Assembly: GCA_964304625.1 (NCBI GenBank)
Contig: OZ199839.1
Span: 3,276,724 to 3,340,723, forward strand
DNA length: 64,000 nucleotides
Source of the DNA: Kudoa neothunni
Lineage: Eukaryota; Animalia; Cnidaria
Direction: 5' to 3'
Below, piece after piece: positions 11,967-26,886 of the stretch. The notes below the pieces were generated by a model, which saw only the letters and a list, made by a program, of their open reading frames with translations, was not told the DNA's origin and ran no database searches. The position numbers and the translations under genes are program-made. Position 1 is the first letter of the stretch, and each line of letters begins with the position of its first letter.

Positions 11967-14900
11967 ATGCTGATACCTTTGATATGTTTTATTTGGTGGT
12001 TGATAACATTACCGAAATTGATTGAAACCAATTTCAACTTGAAAAAAGCCGTCATTTTTAGACATGAGCGATCCTCAAAGTACTACGGATTTTCGATTGC
12101 GTTCCAGAAAGATTCATCGTATTTTTTTTAAATATGCTGTTAATCTATTATATAACTCTAGAATAATTTTATCTGATACTGATGATGGTAACGGTAAATT
12201 ATACGAGTACAAAATATCGGATCCTATCAAACCAACCAAAATAACCACTAGTAATGAAATTTGATTGGAAATCCCAACGTATATGATGATATGACGAGTT
12301 ATGTCCATTATTTTAGATAGCGACGTCAAATTCCTTGGTAGCTACATTTCCCGATCCAAAGATGGCTCATTTCAATTTGTATATAGATAAAATAATAATT
12401 AGATTTATCAATCAAATTTAGATATGGAATTATTTGGACCCAACCTCAAAATTCGTTTTCTATAAGGAGCCAAACGGCGATCTAACTAAATATAAACCTG
12501 TTATATATAGAGATCTCGGAAGTATCAATTTTTTCGTTATTAGCTGCTAGACGGATTTATTTTTTATTTAATAAAAAATAATATGAAACCAATATACATT
12601 ATATATGTATATTTAAAAAATACAAATAAAAAAGTTTAGTAGCATTTCTATGGGAACTATTATAATAATTTACATATTTAGAAGTTGGATTTGAAGGTAA
12701 CAACTATTACATAGGATATCAGTGTTAAAAATGTTGGCGATTATAAATTTCTCGACTAGATTTTAATATATTGGGTCCGTATGCAATAGTTGAAGATAAA
12801 AATTCTATTTATTATGGGGAGCCCTTATCAGATGGAAAATGGGGTGCGTAATATTCGGTTAACTGTCGATGATGGTTGTAATAACTATTCAGGGGTTATC
12901 ATGAAATGTGACATACTCAGTAACGATTCATGTGTAGCATTAATCGAACACAGCAAGATAAGATATGCAGAAGATTTTGTTGGTATTTTATTGCATTCAA
13001 TTCAATAATAACTCTATATCTACAGGAAAATATTTCCAAATCGGCAACGTTTACTTTACGGACGGAAATGGTAAAAATTAAGGTTTAAATAATATTAACA
13101 ATTTTAATTTAGAACTTGTTATTGGATTATCAAACAAGAATTTCTTCCAGGGCTGCCTCTACATCAGTCCGTTAGAGAGTATCACCGGATACAATTTGAA
13201 ACATCACAAAAAGGGCACTGTTAGTAAATTGGTGCGGAATTTTATTCCTCTTTGTTACGAGGTATTTTAACACTCCGTGAGTATTCGTGTAGCTAATAAT
13301 TTAAAGAAAAAGGAATTTACAGGATTTGGTCATCATTTTGCTATTGTTCCTGGCGTTAAATTAAGGTATAAACTATAAACTAAAATATAGAAATAAAATA
13401 AATTTTCAAATTTCAAGCTATGACTATATAATTGTGGGGATGCCATTCGACTGGGTGAACGGACCTGAATCTGGTAGTATTTGTGTCGTTAAACCAAAAA
13501 AAGGGGTATGAAAATCTTGATCACGTTACTTATTTATTTCTAAATTGAATATAGGATTTTGAATTTGACACCGTTTATGAAATGAATGTATTATTCTCTG
13601 GAAAACAATTCTCTAGGTTTGGTTATTACGTCCACAATTTGAAGGACATTGATTCCAATGGTTTCGAAGGTTTGAAATGATATTTGAACTAATATGTTAT
13701 GTTATATTTTCTATTAGATATTAATATTATTGAATATAATAAATATAAATTATAAAATTTTCAAAAAAAGCATACATTAAATTATTTGACTTCTATAATT
13801 ATAAAAAGAACTAAATTAAATTAAAAACCACTCCTTATTTAGACGTTGCAGTCGGAGCTCCATTTGAGGAGAAGGGGATGTTGTATATTTTTTATCAAAC
13901 AAAGCGAGGGTTTCGTACAAATTTTCACATTGTATAGAGAACATTTTTGACTTTATAGTTAATCTTTGCTCGTAGAAAATAGATCAACGAGATATAAGTG
14001 GAGACCCTGTTGAAATGTTCGGCTATAGTTTTGATGTTTTTGATACAGACAACGATAAAACCCCCGGTATACTTAGAATTTTATCAACAAATAATTAATA
14101 ATAATTTAGAAGTAATCATAGGAGGTTTTGGTCGGGTATTATATCTGACACCCCTCCCACAAGCAATTGTCAATTATAAATTAACATCCACCACTAGTTC
14201 AATTGATTATTCTAATCAGCCCACATGTATTTCTGATGGACAACAAGTTAAATGGTAGTTCTTGTGTATCAAATAGAAAAAGTTTATTGGAATTTATTCA
14301 AATTGTAGTGTTGAATTGAATCTGTGTCACTATTTTAGTGGAAATGGTGTATCAGAAGATGGTAAATTAGTTAAGTATATTGATCTAACTTGGAGCTAAG
14401 AATTAAAATTTTCAATAAATCTAAAAGAAAAGAGTTTAGAAGGAAAAAATATTAAACTCGAAAATATAAATGAGGAAACTGGAATTTTTGAGTCCACCAA
14501 ATCTCAAGTAGTCAAATTCACAGTAATGGTAAAAAAAGGATCCAATAACGAAATGTGTTCGAAATATAAATTCCTTTTGGTATTTAAATATCAACGTTAT
14601 TACCATATGAGATGTTTTTGCAGGGAAAATATCTAAGAACGAATACAAATCTGATCTTTTATGTCGAAATGGATTGGTCGAAAGAACCTGACACAGTTTT
14701 TGTAAATGAAAACATTCGAGAAAGTGTAACTCTAAAGGTTTGAGTCAATTGTGTAGTGAACTAGTATATTTGAGACTGATTAATAGATTCCTATCACACA
14801 AGATTGTTCCAAAGATATTTGTGTGCCTGATCTCACACTTTCTTTTACCTCAAGTTTAAAACCAAAGTATAATTCTAAATATAAATATTATTTTATTTTC

Positions 14901-16586
14901 AAATAACGATCGTTATTTATTTTATGTATAATGTTGTCAATACATATTTGGACATAAATTTTAGTGAAAAAATTGTTGATGGATCTGGGTTTTCTCTATT
15001 TGCTGAAATATCCAATAAATACAAAAAATCAACAAATATTCAAGCTAATCTAACTATACCCTTAGAATTTGACTTAAAAAGCGTGATTCTCAATTATTCA
15101 TAAAAATCAATCAATTAAGAGAAATATATTTTACATATTAGGTGAGTAATGGAGTTGAATATTCCATGTCCATAGAAGACGATCGTAAGGTGTATGTCTT
15201 GCAGGTCACTCCACAACTTTACCAAGATTCTAAGGTATCTAAGATAATTCTTAACAAATTTTCGAATAATTTAAATAATTAATTAGTTTGATTTCGTTAT
15301 GAGAATACAGTCGAGATTTGAAGTAAAAGTAAAAAAGAATAATTATGAGTTTCAAATGAAGGTTTACAGGTTTGATGTCTATTCGCTCATTAGTAAGTAT
15401 AAATATATTTTGTATAGCGGACTGGATGACTACAAATTAGAAGATAATAGTGTCTCAATTTCAATCCCCTTTAAAGTGGAATCGCTTATATCAGTTACTG
15501 GGTATTACTGAATTTTCTTAATAATTTAATTATAAATTAATGATTAGATTGTCTAATCCTTCAACTTTTATGGTGAGTAATCTCAATTTTGGTTCACTCT
15601 CAAAAAAACTTACCGCCAAGCAAATTGAGGAATTAAAATATTTACCTTTATCTGTTCAAATTATAGTAATAATAATTTAATGAATGAATAATATTTATAT
15701 ACGTAGATCTCAAACGCGGGTCCACATAATTCTGTTCCTGGCATTGTTGATGTTTATATACCTGTGGCTATTAACGGGACACAAATTGCCCACATTTATG
15801 GATTTAAAGTCGTTAGAAATATTTGAGCTGCTTTGATAAAAAATAGGACTCAATTAAAAGCGACCCACCACTTTGTGTTAACCTAAAAAAAATTACATCC
15901 GAAGTATGTATAGATATATTTGATTACGTTATATTTATTTTAAGGAAAAATTCGTTTATTCTGATATAGCCAAACAAAGTGAGAATCCAAAGAAAAGCAA
16001 AGTAATATATTATAACAATGATTATACCTATTTATTTTATAGGAATGTCTATTGGGAGCATGCATTACAATACGGTGCAAATATAACACATTAATTTCGG
16101 GGAAAGATCTCAATGTAGTTGTACAAGGGGCCTTTAACGCAACAGAAGTAATGCGTTTTGAAGTATACTTCATTGAAAAAAATTTTATGTAGCTATCCGG
16201 AATCATTAGCCCCCCAAATCAATTAACACTTTCAGTTTATGGAAATAATGTTTTCGATTCAACAGATTCTATTATGATGAGTACTAAATCATCCATTATG
16301 GTTATTTTTAATTAATTTAAAATGTTTTAAAACTTTTTAAATAGTTTCCAATGATTTTAAAGAAACAAACTACCATGCAATCTTTAAAAGGTATCCCAAG
16401 TTGGATATATATTGTGGCAGTAATTGGAGCAATATTGCTGATATTAATAATTTCAGGAATCCTTTACAAAGTATCCCCATAAGTTATGACCATTATTTTG
16501 TACTGTTATTTTAGACTGGAGTCTTCAGTCTTCATAAATATAACCAGGTCGAAAGAACTCGAGTCACCAGAGAAACTACCCATTAA
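11967..16586 (+). CDS. Integrin alpha subunit, copy 1 (no alphaI domain; multi-exon)
   Basis: Signal peptide then NFNLKK; FG-GAP blades (YYGFSIAF; SRFGYYVHNLKDIDSNGFEDVAVGAPFE; MFGYSFDVFDTDNDK); genu CSKDICVPDL; TM IPSWIYIVAVIGAILLILIISGILYK; tail TGVFSLHK...TTH*. Confidence 0.9.
13851..16090 (+). repeat. Near-identical duplicated tract, copy a (partner 24031-26270)
   Basis: Identical ORFs at offset 10180; introns also identical; about 5 differences seen by eye. Confidence 0.95.
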
Positions 16587-17464
16587 AATAAGTAGCACTT
16601 GCAATATATATTTATTGATTTATTTTTTGGAAGATAACTTAATTTACTTTGTTATATTTTCCCATTTTATCCAATCATTACATTTATTATGTTGGTAATA
16701 TTAACATATTTTTGAAGCTATTGGCGCATACTAAATCTTATTTAAATATTTTAAATCTAAATCATAGATTAATTAAAAACATAATAGGAAGTTATGGTGA
16801 AACATTAAGCATTTATTTTTTTTTATTTTAAATTATTTGGCTTTTTAATCCAAATAATTATTTAACCGCTATTTACTGCGGCAGTCTGAAATTAAAATTA
16901 TGACAAGTAATCAGTCAAATTTTAATATAATAGATCGTAAATGAGTATATCCCAAAAAATCGTCAGATCAATATTTTTAATAAAACCTGATAATTTCAAA
17001 TAGTTAAAATAAAAAATGTGTGTCACATGATCAACAAATTTTACACATAATTCTCATTTTTCTTTTTATTGAATTATAGTTTAATATTTGATAAATAATC
17101 ACACGGAAAACATTATTTCTAAAGGTAAAGTGAAAACTTTTTTATTATAATTATTGTCTCATTTTTATCTAAATTTATTTTTTTGTCAATTAAAAGTTGA
17201 ACTTTTACCTAAAAATGCTAAAAATATTTTTCATTCGTAAATTGGCTCAAAAATTATTGTTCACATTATATTAGATTTTATTAAAATTTAATAAAATACT
17301 TTTTTGATGAAAAATTGCAATAATAAATACAGAATAACGAGTTTTAATTTTCTATTACTTAATAATTATTAAAATAACTAGTTATAATTATCTAAAATAA
17401 TTTTTATAGAGAAAATTCATACTATTCGCTTCAAAGATATAAAAACCGAAATATTATTATTTAA

Positions 17465-19671
17465 CCCCCGATGATTTTGGGGTAGAATCTACCCTAATGA
17501 GATTTTAAAATTCATATATTTCCTTATGTTGGAAATGTTGGCGTTTAAGATTCTGTGAATTACTGTAACATACATTTCTTTTTAATTGTAAACTAAAATA
17601 TTTATTGCATTTTTACCTCCTAAAGTATTTTGGGGTAGAAATTACCCAACCCATTTTTATACGTAAAATTTAAAAAAAAATTAAAAAACTCTTTTAATTC
17701 ATATATATATATATATATATGATTTTATAAACACAATTGAAATAATTTTACATATCTCACGCTAGGTAATTGTGGTTTAATCTGCTCCATTAATAATTCA
17801 TTATAAATCTGCATGTCGTAATTTTATATTATGGTTAGATTCATACCAAGTCATTAAATATGGCTTTCGGCGCAAAAAACATTAATTTTGGGCGATATTA
17901 TTTTGAACAATCTAAACAACTGTGTGAAGAATGTATTGGACTATAAAATTTGTATCATTTATGGCACCATCTTGTAGATTTTTATCATTCTTTCGAGAAA
18001 AAACTCACATCGTGCATTTTTTATATTTACAGGTGGTTCCAGATGGAAAATGTTTGCTGTATTGAAGTTCCTTTTTGCCAGTACATTGGTAGAATGTTTA
18101 ACCAACAACGGTTTATACAGTTGCTCTGCGATCTCCTTTAGGAAGGTTCATCCATTATTCGATTCAACAAATATTTCTTTATACAATGCCAAAGCATTCA
18201 CCAATGACAAGTCGACTATGTAGAAGAATACGAATAGGGGCCATCTCCTCGTAAATCGACGAACAGAAACCGTTGCAAGCATTCTGCCGACATTATCTAC
18301 GCTGCCCATAGTTTTATTATAATCAAATATTAATTGAGGCTTGAACTTAAGTTATTCTCTAGAAACAGATGTATCATGCGTGCCGGGAGTTAGAAGCATC
18401 GCAGATTTTCCTTTTTTTGCCACATGTGATAACAGCATATATTTATAGTGAAACAAAAAAAAGGTGGAATAAAGAAGCCTTTTCTTGAAGGTTGAAGACA
18501 AGATGATATCTCATTTTTTTCTCGTTATCCCTAAAAAAGTCAACTTTCTTTCCAACAATTTCTTCTTGAGAGACATTGATGAGAAGAAATTATCCGTGCC
18601 AACATTTCGGCCAGAATCAAACGAATGAGTTTTAAGGTTGAGTACGATGTTTTCACCTACGTTAGTTTGTCTGTTCGTCTCAGAATTATTCTTTCCCAAT
18701 TAAACGCTGGCATTACAGAAGTAATTTGCGATTGATTCAACCAGCAGAAATGTTTTTTTATCATATTTTATCGACATTATGTATATATACTGGCTGAAAG
18801 GATATCATCCCGGAACGGAATCAATTGTTAATCTACAATAACATCCTTGTTCGGAGCAAAACATTTAGGTAGCACGTCGACTCACTTCTCCCACATATCA
18901 CGAAGGCACAGAATTTGTCCAGCTTCTGAGTTCTTCGCGTTTATTAAAGTCATCGAAATGTGGTGCTCGGGAAATATGTTTGAAGTGCCGAAGTGAAAAT
19001 AATTGCCGATAAATTTCTCATCCTTCTTTCTGGCTAAATAACTCACTTATAGGGTCCTCTCCATCCTTATGGATGACCATGAGGATTAACAATCCTAAAT
19101 ATTTCCTAATTTCTACCAAATCAAGATCGTACCATTGGCCACCGAAGTGATGTTTTCCAAACATATTTGTAAACAAATGATTTCGTTACTGATTTCATCA
19201 TTCGGAAATACTAAAAAACAATCCAACATATTTTTCATTTTTGTTTGAGCTTAGGCTCTGGGTACATTTTATTCTCCGAACCTCTCTTTGTTAGACGAGA
19301 CTTTGAAGCACTCCACTGAATACCTTCTTTACTCGTAAGAACATCAATACTAAAGTCGAATATTTCCATTCCGTATGAGAACTCTTTATCTTCGTAAATG
19401 TGACCCTCACACTCACTTTCCGAAGAACAGAATTCATCGTATAAATCATCCAAGCCGCTCATTGAAAAAACACGCATTCGCGTACGCGTCAACAATAAAT
19501 ATACCTCTTTATCGTGGGGTTTAAACTAAATGTGCCGGATAGAAATTTGTTTGATTCTAATTTTGAAAATTTTTTAATATGTTTCGTATTTAAACGAAAA
19601 AAATAGTTGGTGTATTTTTTACCCACCCCAAAGTACATTACACGTACATAGTTTTTATGATCATCAGAGGG
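17465..19671 (-). mobile_element. piggyBac transposon with decayed transposase (PGBD4-like)
   Basis: TTAA|CCC...GAGGG|TTAA; motifs GRNVGTDNFFSS, DYNKTMGSVD, TRRWPLFVF; many stops. Confidence 0.9.
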
Positions 19672-20319
19672 TTAATTAACGGGACAATTTTGTTAAGTTA
19701 TAAGTTTATATATCTTCTATAGTTTGGGGCTGTGCCGATTTTGTCGGATACGGCAAAATAGACACTGGCATAGTTTAAATATAGATTAGATTTTATACTT
19801 TGATATTATTCAATTTGAATCAATCAACTCAAAAGAATTTATTTTTTGACGTTACTTCTAAATATTGTAAATTATGAAAAATTTCTCAAATTAATGTTAT
19901 TGCCATTACTGAGTTAAAATTTGTCAGAGAGACTTAAACCAATATTAGTTTAACATATAGGGTGTAATGAGGATTCAATACTATTGAATAAATTACTGTC
20001 GATAGGTTTATATAGACGATGCTCGATATTCGCTAAATAGCAAATTTTAATCATAAGATTATTGAATAAAAATGACTATATTTAATAGTAGGGCATTTAT
20101 TTAAATATAAAAAATATTCAAGGATAATAAATAATATCAGAAAAACATTTAAATAATAATTTGGAATAAGTTAGTTTGAAAGCGAGATAAATGTGATTTT
20201 AAAATTGAATAACTAATGTTACGACGATATTATCATGAATGAATAAGAGCGAAATATTTATTCCGTAGATATCCCAAAATTTATAATAGGTTTAATCGGT
20301 GGATGATAAAAATTCAGCT

Positions 20320-23300
20320 ATGATATTATATATTGTTATAATGATTAGTTTCAGTGTAACAAATGCAAATTTCAATTTGAAGAATGCGAAAATTTTCACT
20401 AGAGAGTCAAAATACTTTGGTTATTCTATAGCGTTTCAGAATGATGCATCGTAAAAAAGTTCAATCTGCGTTCAAATTCTGATTGTTTATAGGATAATAA
20501 TATCGGACCCAGATAGTGGAAATGGAAAACTTTATGAATATCGACTAAATAATCCTTCTTATCCTGAAAAAACAACCACAAGTAATAATGTTATTCGTTG
20601 TATTAGTATTAATATAAAATTGATACATAATAACAGCCCCTGATATTGCGAAATTGGGAAGTTTTATAGCTAGATCAAAAGATGCGACATTTCAGTTTGT
20701 ATATTGGCATCTCTTTTATTTGGAATAATAAATGAACCTAATTGAAGATATGGAATTATTTGAACATTGACAGCAGAGTTACTTACTACAAAGAACCCTT
20801 CAAAGAACTAACCAGATACACTCCAAAACTTTATCAACCATATGGAAGAAGAGGTTTGTATATTAAACAAAATAAATCGCAAAAAACAATGTACGAAAAT
20901 TGAGTATAACAATAAATAAATTTAGGATCCCCAAGACGTTATTATATGTTGGGAGTTCACGCGGAAATTGTTAGTAAAAATTTAATTTATTATGGAGATC
21001 CTCTCCCTTACGGACTCGTGGGTAATTATAAATTATGTTGAAAATTGTTGAATTTTTCTGAAGGTAGTCTAATGAGGTGTGACATAATAAGTGGGACCTT
21101 ATGCGTGGTGTTGAGGAAACCAGAAACTCAGTCCAAAAATTATAAACAAGCATTTGGTAAGTATAATATTATCAATAATTATTATATAATATGCAAAGGT
21201 AGATTTTTTAAACTTGGGAACGTCCACAAGGGTAAAGGGGATGGTAATCAAAATTGCTCAAATACTATTAGTACATTTTTCAATAGAAGTTGTAGTTGGA
21301 GCCTATACCGACGAACTGTTTAAAGGATGTCTCTATATCTATCTTACAGAAATAATAAAGAAGATAGATTTATCGAGACATGTGTATGATACTATAGGTC
21401 CAGTTTATCGAGATAGCACAAAAGTCTGTTACAAGGTACACACTATAATAGAGATGTGAGGATATTTTAAAATACTGGATGTGTGGTAGGAGAGAGAATT
21501 CACAGGTTTTGGATATCATTTTGCTATTGTTTCCAACCGACATAAAACGTAGTTCAAATTTCCCACCTAAATTTCTACCCAATTTAGGTATGACTCTATA
21601 GTTGTGGGAATGCCATTTGATTCGGTGAATGGTCCCGAATCCGGAAGTATTTGCGTAGTAACTCCATCAACGGTAAATAATTTGTTTGCGATAGAAATAT
21701 ATTCTTAGTTTATACCAATAAATACTTAGAATAAATCCGACGAAATGGAGTACAACATGGAGACAATATTTTCAGGAGTTAAGGGCTCACGATTCGGTTA
21801 TTATGTGTACAATATGGCCGATATAGATTCTAATAATTACGAAGGTATTATCAGGAGATTAATATAGTTTATAATTTTTAAATTGTTAATTAAAAATCTA
21901 CTTTAATAATGGGTTCCAACAATAATAAAATTATTCATCATGGAAATTTATATTTAAACGCATAAAAATATAATAGAAAGTAATTCGAAATTGAATTTCA
22001 GAATAATCTTGTTAACCTAAACTATTTAATAATTAATAATCTTTCAAAATTATTAAAGTATATATTAATTAAAAATCTTCTTGATCAAATAACGTACAGT
22101 CACAAATTAATAATTTATTTGATTATTTATAAAAAATAAATATTTATATTATTTTAATTTATTTATTGATATCAAAAAATTAAAATTATTAAATAAAGTT
22201 CCCCATAAAATTAAGATAATTTTTGGTAAATAGAAAGAGTAAAAATTATACTTTAATGATGACAAGCGCTTTGAGATGTAGATAAAATGCTTCTGTAAAT
22301 ATATTCTGGTGCGCATGCATGTTACGATATATTTGGGGATTAAAATTATGGGTTTTATTTTATATAAAAATATGTCCAACAGCGGTTTTTACGCCTGCAG
22401 GAGAATTTCTGTACTACCTAATACGAATTAAATTAGAAAAATTATTCATTGCCGCATGTTATTGATACGAATGTTAAATTAGTTGACTATCTAGATGAAG
22501 AAGTAATGGTTAATTGTGGTCAACAAAGATTTAGATAATCGCTTCCAATTAATTACATTAAATTTAATATTTCCTAAAAAAGATCTGAAATCATTAAATT
22601 ATATAATAACGGCTTTCGTATTCGTTAAATTAACCCTCTAATGTACTAAAAATCGACTGCACTCCGATGAATTTTGGAGTAAAAAATTCCCCCAAATTTT
22701 TATTTCTCCATTCGAACCATAAAAAATAGTTGATTTCAGAAAATAAAAATAGGAAAAATCCCACGGCTAGATTCAGCTGTAAAACAACTAACATCCGAAT
22801 AGTAATCCTCATAATCCTACAAAAAATGTATCCGTTAAAATCCGCAAGGACAATTTCTTATAAAAGCTTAATGTTTGAGTTGATTTCATATTTTTACCAT
22901 GTAATAAATATTTCATTATTATTTACGTAACAAAATAGAACATTTATTGAGAATAACATTCAAAATGAATTTTGCGACAGTTTCGTACATCGGGAACAAG
23001 CAATAACAGGTTTCTTATCAATTTTCCGTAGAAACATTCAAACCTTGAAAATACTGTTCATTTGTTTGGTGTTCTGAGTTACAGCAGGATAGATAAGGTC
23101 GAACTCTTAGGATTTTGGGCCTCAAGGATGTTTCTTTCCATTAATAGAAAAATATGATAATTTTGTCATATTTTAAAAAACTTTCACTTATTTATATTAT
23201 CTCCCACGTTTTTTGTGTATGGAAAATGCATTTATAAATATTAAATCTATTAAATGGAAAAATACCACCGCAGGCCGTCATTACTGATTATGGATTGACC

Positions 23301-26300
23301 CCAATTCTTAAAATTGTTCAATATCGTCAAATTCTTACGACATATCAGTTGTAAAGTATTAATAATCATTTTAAAAGAATTTTATTCATAATTCTAATTA
23401 TTATCGGTGAAATCCATACCAATTATCGCCACGCTAAATTAAAAAAATAAGTCACGTGATCGCTGATATAGGTAATAACCATATACCTTCAAATGTATCC
23501 TTCAGATAAACCTAAAATTTTATTTATGGAATAATAATTATTTTATCTATCAGTTGGTGTGAAAACAATGTGGGGTAAATTTTTACCCCAAAAATTCATT
23601 GGAGTGTAAACTTGTTATAATTTTTCTAATTTTATATTTTTAGTCGTAATATTTTAAAATCATATATTACCTACTATTTTGAAAGATTAGAGAAAAACTC
23701 GCATCCTATAAAGGACAAACCAATCACGTACACATCCAATAACTCCTTATGGAGGTAAAAATTTACCCCAAATTCATTAGAGGGTTAAAGAATAATATTC
23801 TTTGATGAACCATCATCAAAAAAATTGAAATTAATTATCTAAGTTGAGTAGTTGTCAGATATATTACTGTATTAAATGTAACTATTGGAAGTCGACCTTG
23901 GAAAAATGTATATTTGGTCAATTAAATTCACAGATGAGATTAAACGATAATAATAATCCATAAAAGGCGAAAATTTGTTTCTCTCATTCTTGAACAACGA
24001 CCGAGTTAATAAAATATTTTAGATGTCATTGTCGGAGCTCCATTTGAGGAGAAGGGGATGTTGTATATTTTTTATCAAACAAAGCGAGGATTTCGTACAA
24101 ATTTTCACATTGTATAGAGAACATTTTTGACTTTATAGTTAATCTTTGCTCGTAGAAAATAGATCAACGAGATATAAGTGGAGACCCTGTTGAAATGTTC
24201 GGCTATAGTTTTGATGTTTTTGATACAGACAACGATAAAACCCCCGGTATACTTAGAATTTTATCAACAAATAATTAATAATAATTTAGAAGTAATCATA
24301 GGAGGTTTTGGTCGGGTATTATATCTGACACCCCTCCCACAAGCAATTGTCAATTATAAATTAACATCCACCACTAGTTCAATTGATTATTCTAATCAGC
24401 CCACATGTATTTCTGATGGACAACAAGTTAAATGGTAGTTCTTGTGTATCAAATAGAAAAAGTTTATTGGAATTTATTCAAATTGTAGTGTTGAATTGAA
24501 TCTGTGTCACTATTTTAGTGGAAATGGTGTATCAGAAGATGGTAAATTAGTTAAGTATATTGATCTAACTTGGAGCTAAGAATTAAAATTTTCAATAAAT
24601 CTAAAAGAAAAGAGTTTAGAAGGAAAAAATATTAAACTCGAAAATATAAATGAGGAAACTGGAATTTTTGAGTCCACCAAATCTCAAGTAGTCAAATTCA
24701 CAGTAATGGTAAAAAAAGGATCCAATAACGAAATGTGTTCGAAATATAAATTCCTTTTGGTATTTAAATATCAACGTTATTACCATATGAGATGTTTTTG
24801 CAGGGAAAATATCTAAGAACGAATACAAATCTGATCTTTTATGTCGAAATGGATTGGTCGAAAGAACCTGACACAGTTTTTGTAAATGAAAACATTCGAG
24901 AAAGTGTAACTCTAAAGGTTTGAGTCAATTGTGTAGTGAACTAGTATATTTGAGACTGATTAATAGATTCCTATCACACAAGATTGTTCCAAAGATATTT
25001 GTGTGCCTGATCTCACACTTTCTTTTACCTCAAGTTTAAAACCAAAGTATAATTCTAAATATAAATATTATTTTATTTTCAAATAACGATCATTATTTAT
25101 TTTATGTATAATGTTGTCAATACATATTTGGACATAAATTTTAGTGAAAAAATTGTTGATGGATCTGGGTTTTCTCTATTTGCTGAAATATCCAATAAAT
25201 ACAAAAAATCAACAAATATTCAAGCTAATCTAACTATACCCTTAGAATTTGACTTAAAAAGCGTGATTCTCAATTATTCATAAAAATCAATCAATTAAGA
25301 GAAATATATTTTACATATTAGGTGAGTAATGGAGTTGAATATTCCATGTCCATAGAAGACGATCGTAAGGTGTATGTCTTGCAGGTCACTCCACAACTTT
25401 ACCAAGATTCTAAGGTATCTAAGATAATTCTTAACAAATTTTCGAATAATTTAAATAATTAATTAGTTTGATTTCGTTATGAGAATACAGTCGAGATTTG
25501 AAGTAAAAGTAAAAAAGAATAATTATGAGTTTCAAATGAAGGTTTACAGGTTTGATGTCTATTCGCTCATTAGTAAGTATAAATATATTTTGTATAGCGG
25601 ACTGGATGACTACAAATTAGAAGATAATAGTGTCTCAATTTCAATCCCCTTTAAAGTGGAATCGCTTATATCAGTTACTGGGTATTACTGAATTTTCTTA
25701 ATAATTTAATTATAAATTAATGATTAGATTGTCTAATCCTTCAACTTTTATGGTGAGTAATCTCAATTTTGGTTCACTCTCAAAAAACTTACCGCCAAGC
25801 AAATTGAGGAATTAAAATATTTACCTTTATCTGTTCAAATTATAGTAATAATAATTTAATGAATGAATAATATTTATATACGTAGATCTCAAACGCGGGT
25901 CCACATAATTCTGTTCCTGGCATTGTTGATGTTTATATACCTGTGGCTATTAACGGGACACAAATTGCCCACATTTATGGATTTAAAGTTGTTAGAAATA
26001 TTTGAGCTGCTTTGATAAAAAATAGGACTCAATTAAAAGCGACCCACCACTTTGTGTTAACCTAAAAAAAATTACATCCGAAGTATGTATAGATATATTT
26101 GATTACGTTATATTTATTTTAAGGAAAAATTCGTTTATTCTGATATAGCCAAACAAAGTGAGAATCCAAAGAAAAGCAAAGTAATATATTATAACAATGA
26201 TTATACCTATTTATTTTATAGGAATGTCCATTGGGAGCATGCATTACAATACGGTGCAAATATAACACGCTTATTTCGGGGAAAGAACTTAAAGTTTTAT

Positions 26301-26738
26301 TATTCGGTGTTTTTAATTCAAAAAATGTATTTATCAACTCGAACAACTTGTGATAACTAAATGTATAGATTAAAACTATTTTTAAAATTAGCAACACTGC
26401 TGAAATTGATTTATCATTGTATGGCATAACAACGTTTGATTCAACTGATACTATAGTGATGAACACCCAATCGTCTATTATGGTCTGTTTTGGGGCATGT
26501 TAATATTCTAATTGTAGTTATAGATTCCTTTAATATTAAAGAAAGAGGTGGATCCAAGCTCGCTAAAAATTATACCCTATTGGATATACATTGTCGCTGT
26601 TTTTGGAGCCATACTTTTGGCTTTAATTATTTCGGCAATCCTTTATAAAGTAATTTTATTTTTAGCCAATCTTATTTAATTTTAATTAAGGTTGGTATTT
26701 TCCGCCGCAAAAGATTCGGCGGAAGTAGCGATGATTAA
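20320..26738 (+). CDS. Integrin alpha subunit, copy 2 (one 1-nt homopolymer frameshift at ~25785)
   Basis: MILYIVIMISFSVTNANFNLKNAKIF..YFGYSIAF; SRFGYYVYNMADIDSNNYEDVIVGAPFE; TM then YK|VGIFRRKRFGGSSDD*. Confidence 0.85.
22634..23784. mobile_element. piggyBac-type non-autonomous element in an intron of integrin copy 2
   Basis: TTAA|CCCTCTAATG...CATTAGAGGG|TTAA; subterminal GGGGTAAA/TTTACCCC motifs. Confidence 0.85.
24031..26270 (+). repeat. Near-identical duplicated tract, copy b (partner 13851-16090)
   Basis: See copy a. Confidence 0.95.
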
Positions 26739-26886
26739 TCTGACGAGTTTAAAAATACCTTATTTTATCCGTTTAACTGTCTATGTTTTGATTAGTTGAC
26801 AACATTTTAGTTTTTTAATTCTTCAATTGTTTTAAAATATTTTCTTTTTTAGTCAAAATTTATTTTGATTTCATATTATTGTTTAA

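Noticed and set aside
13998-14258. 86-aa ORF duplicated at 24178
   Set aside because: Off-frame exon plus intron read-through of the integrin genes.
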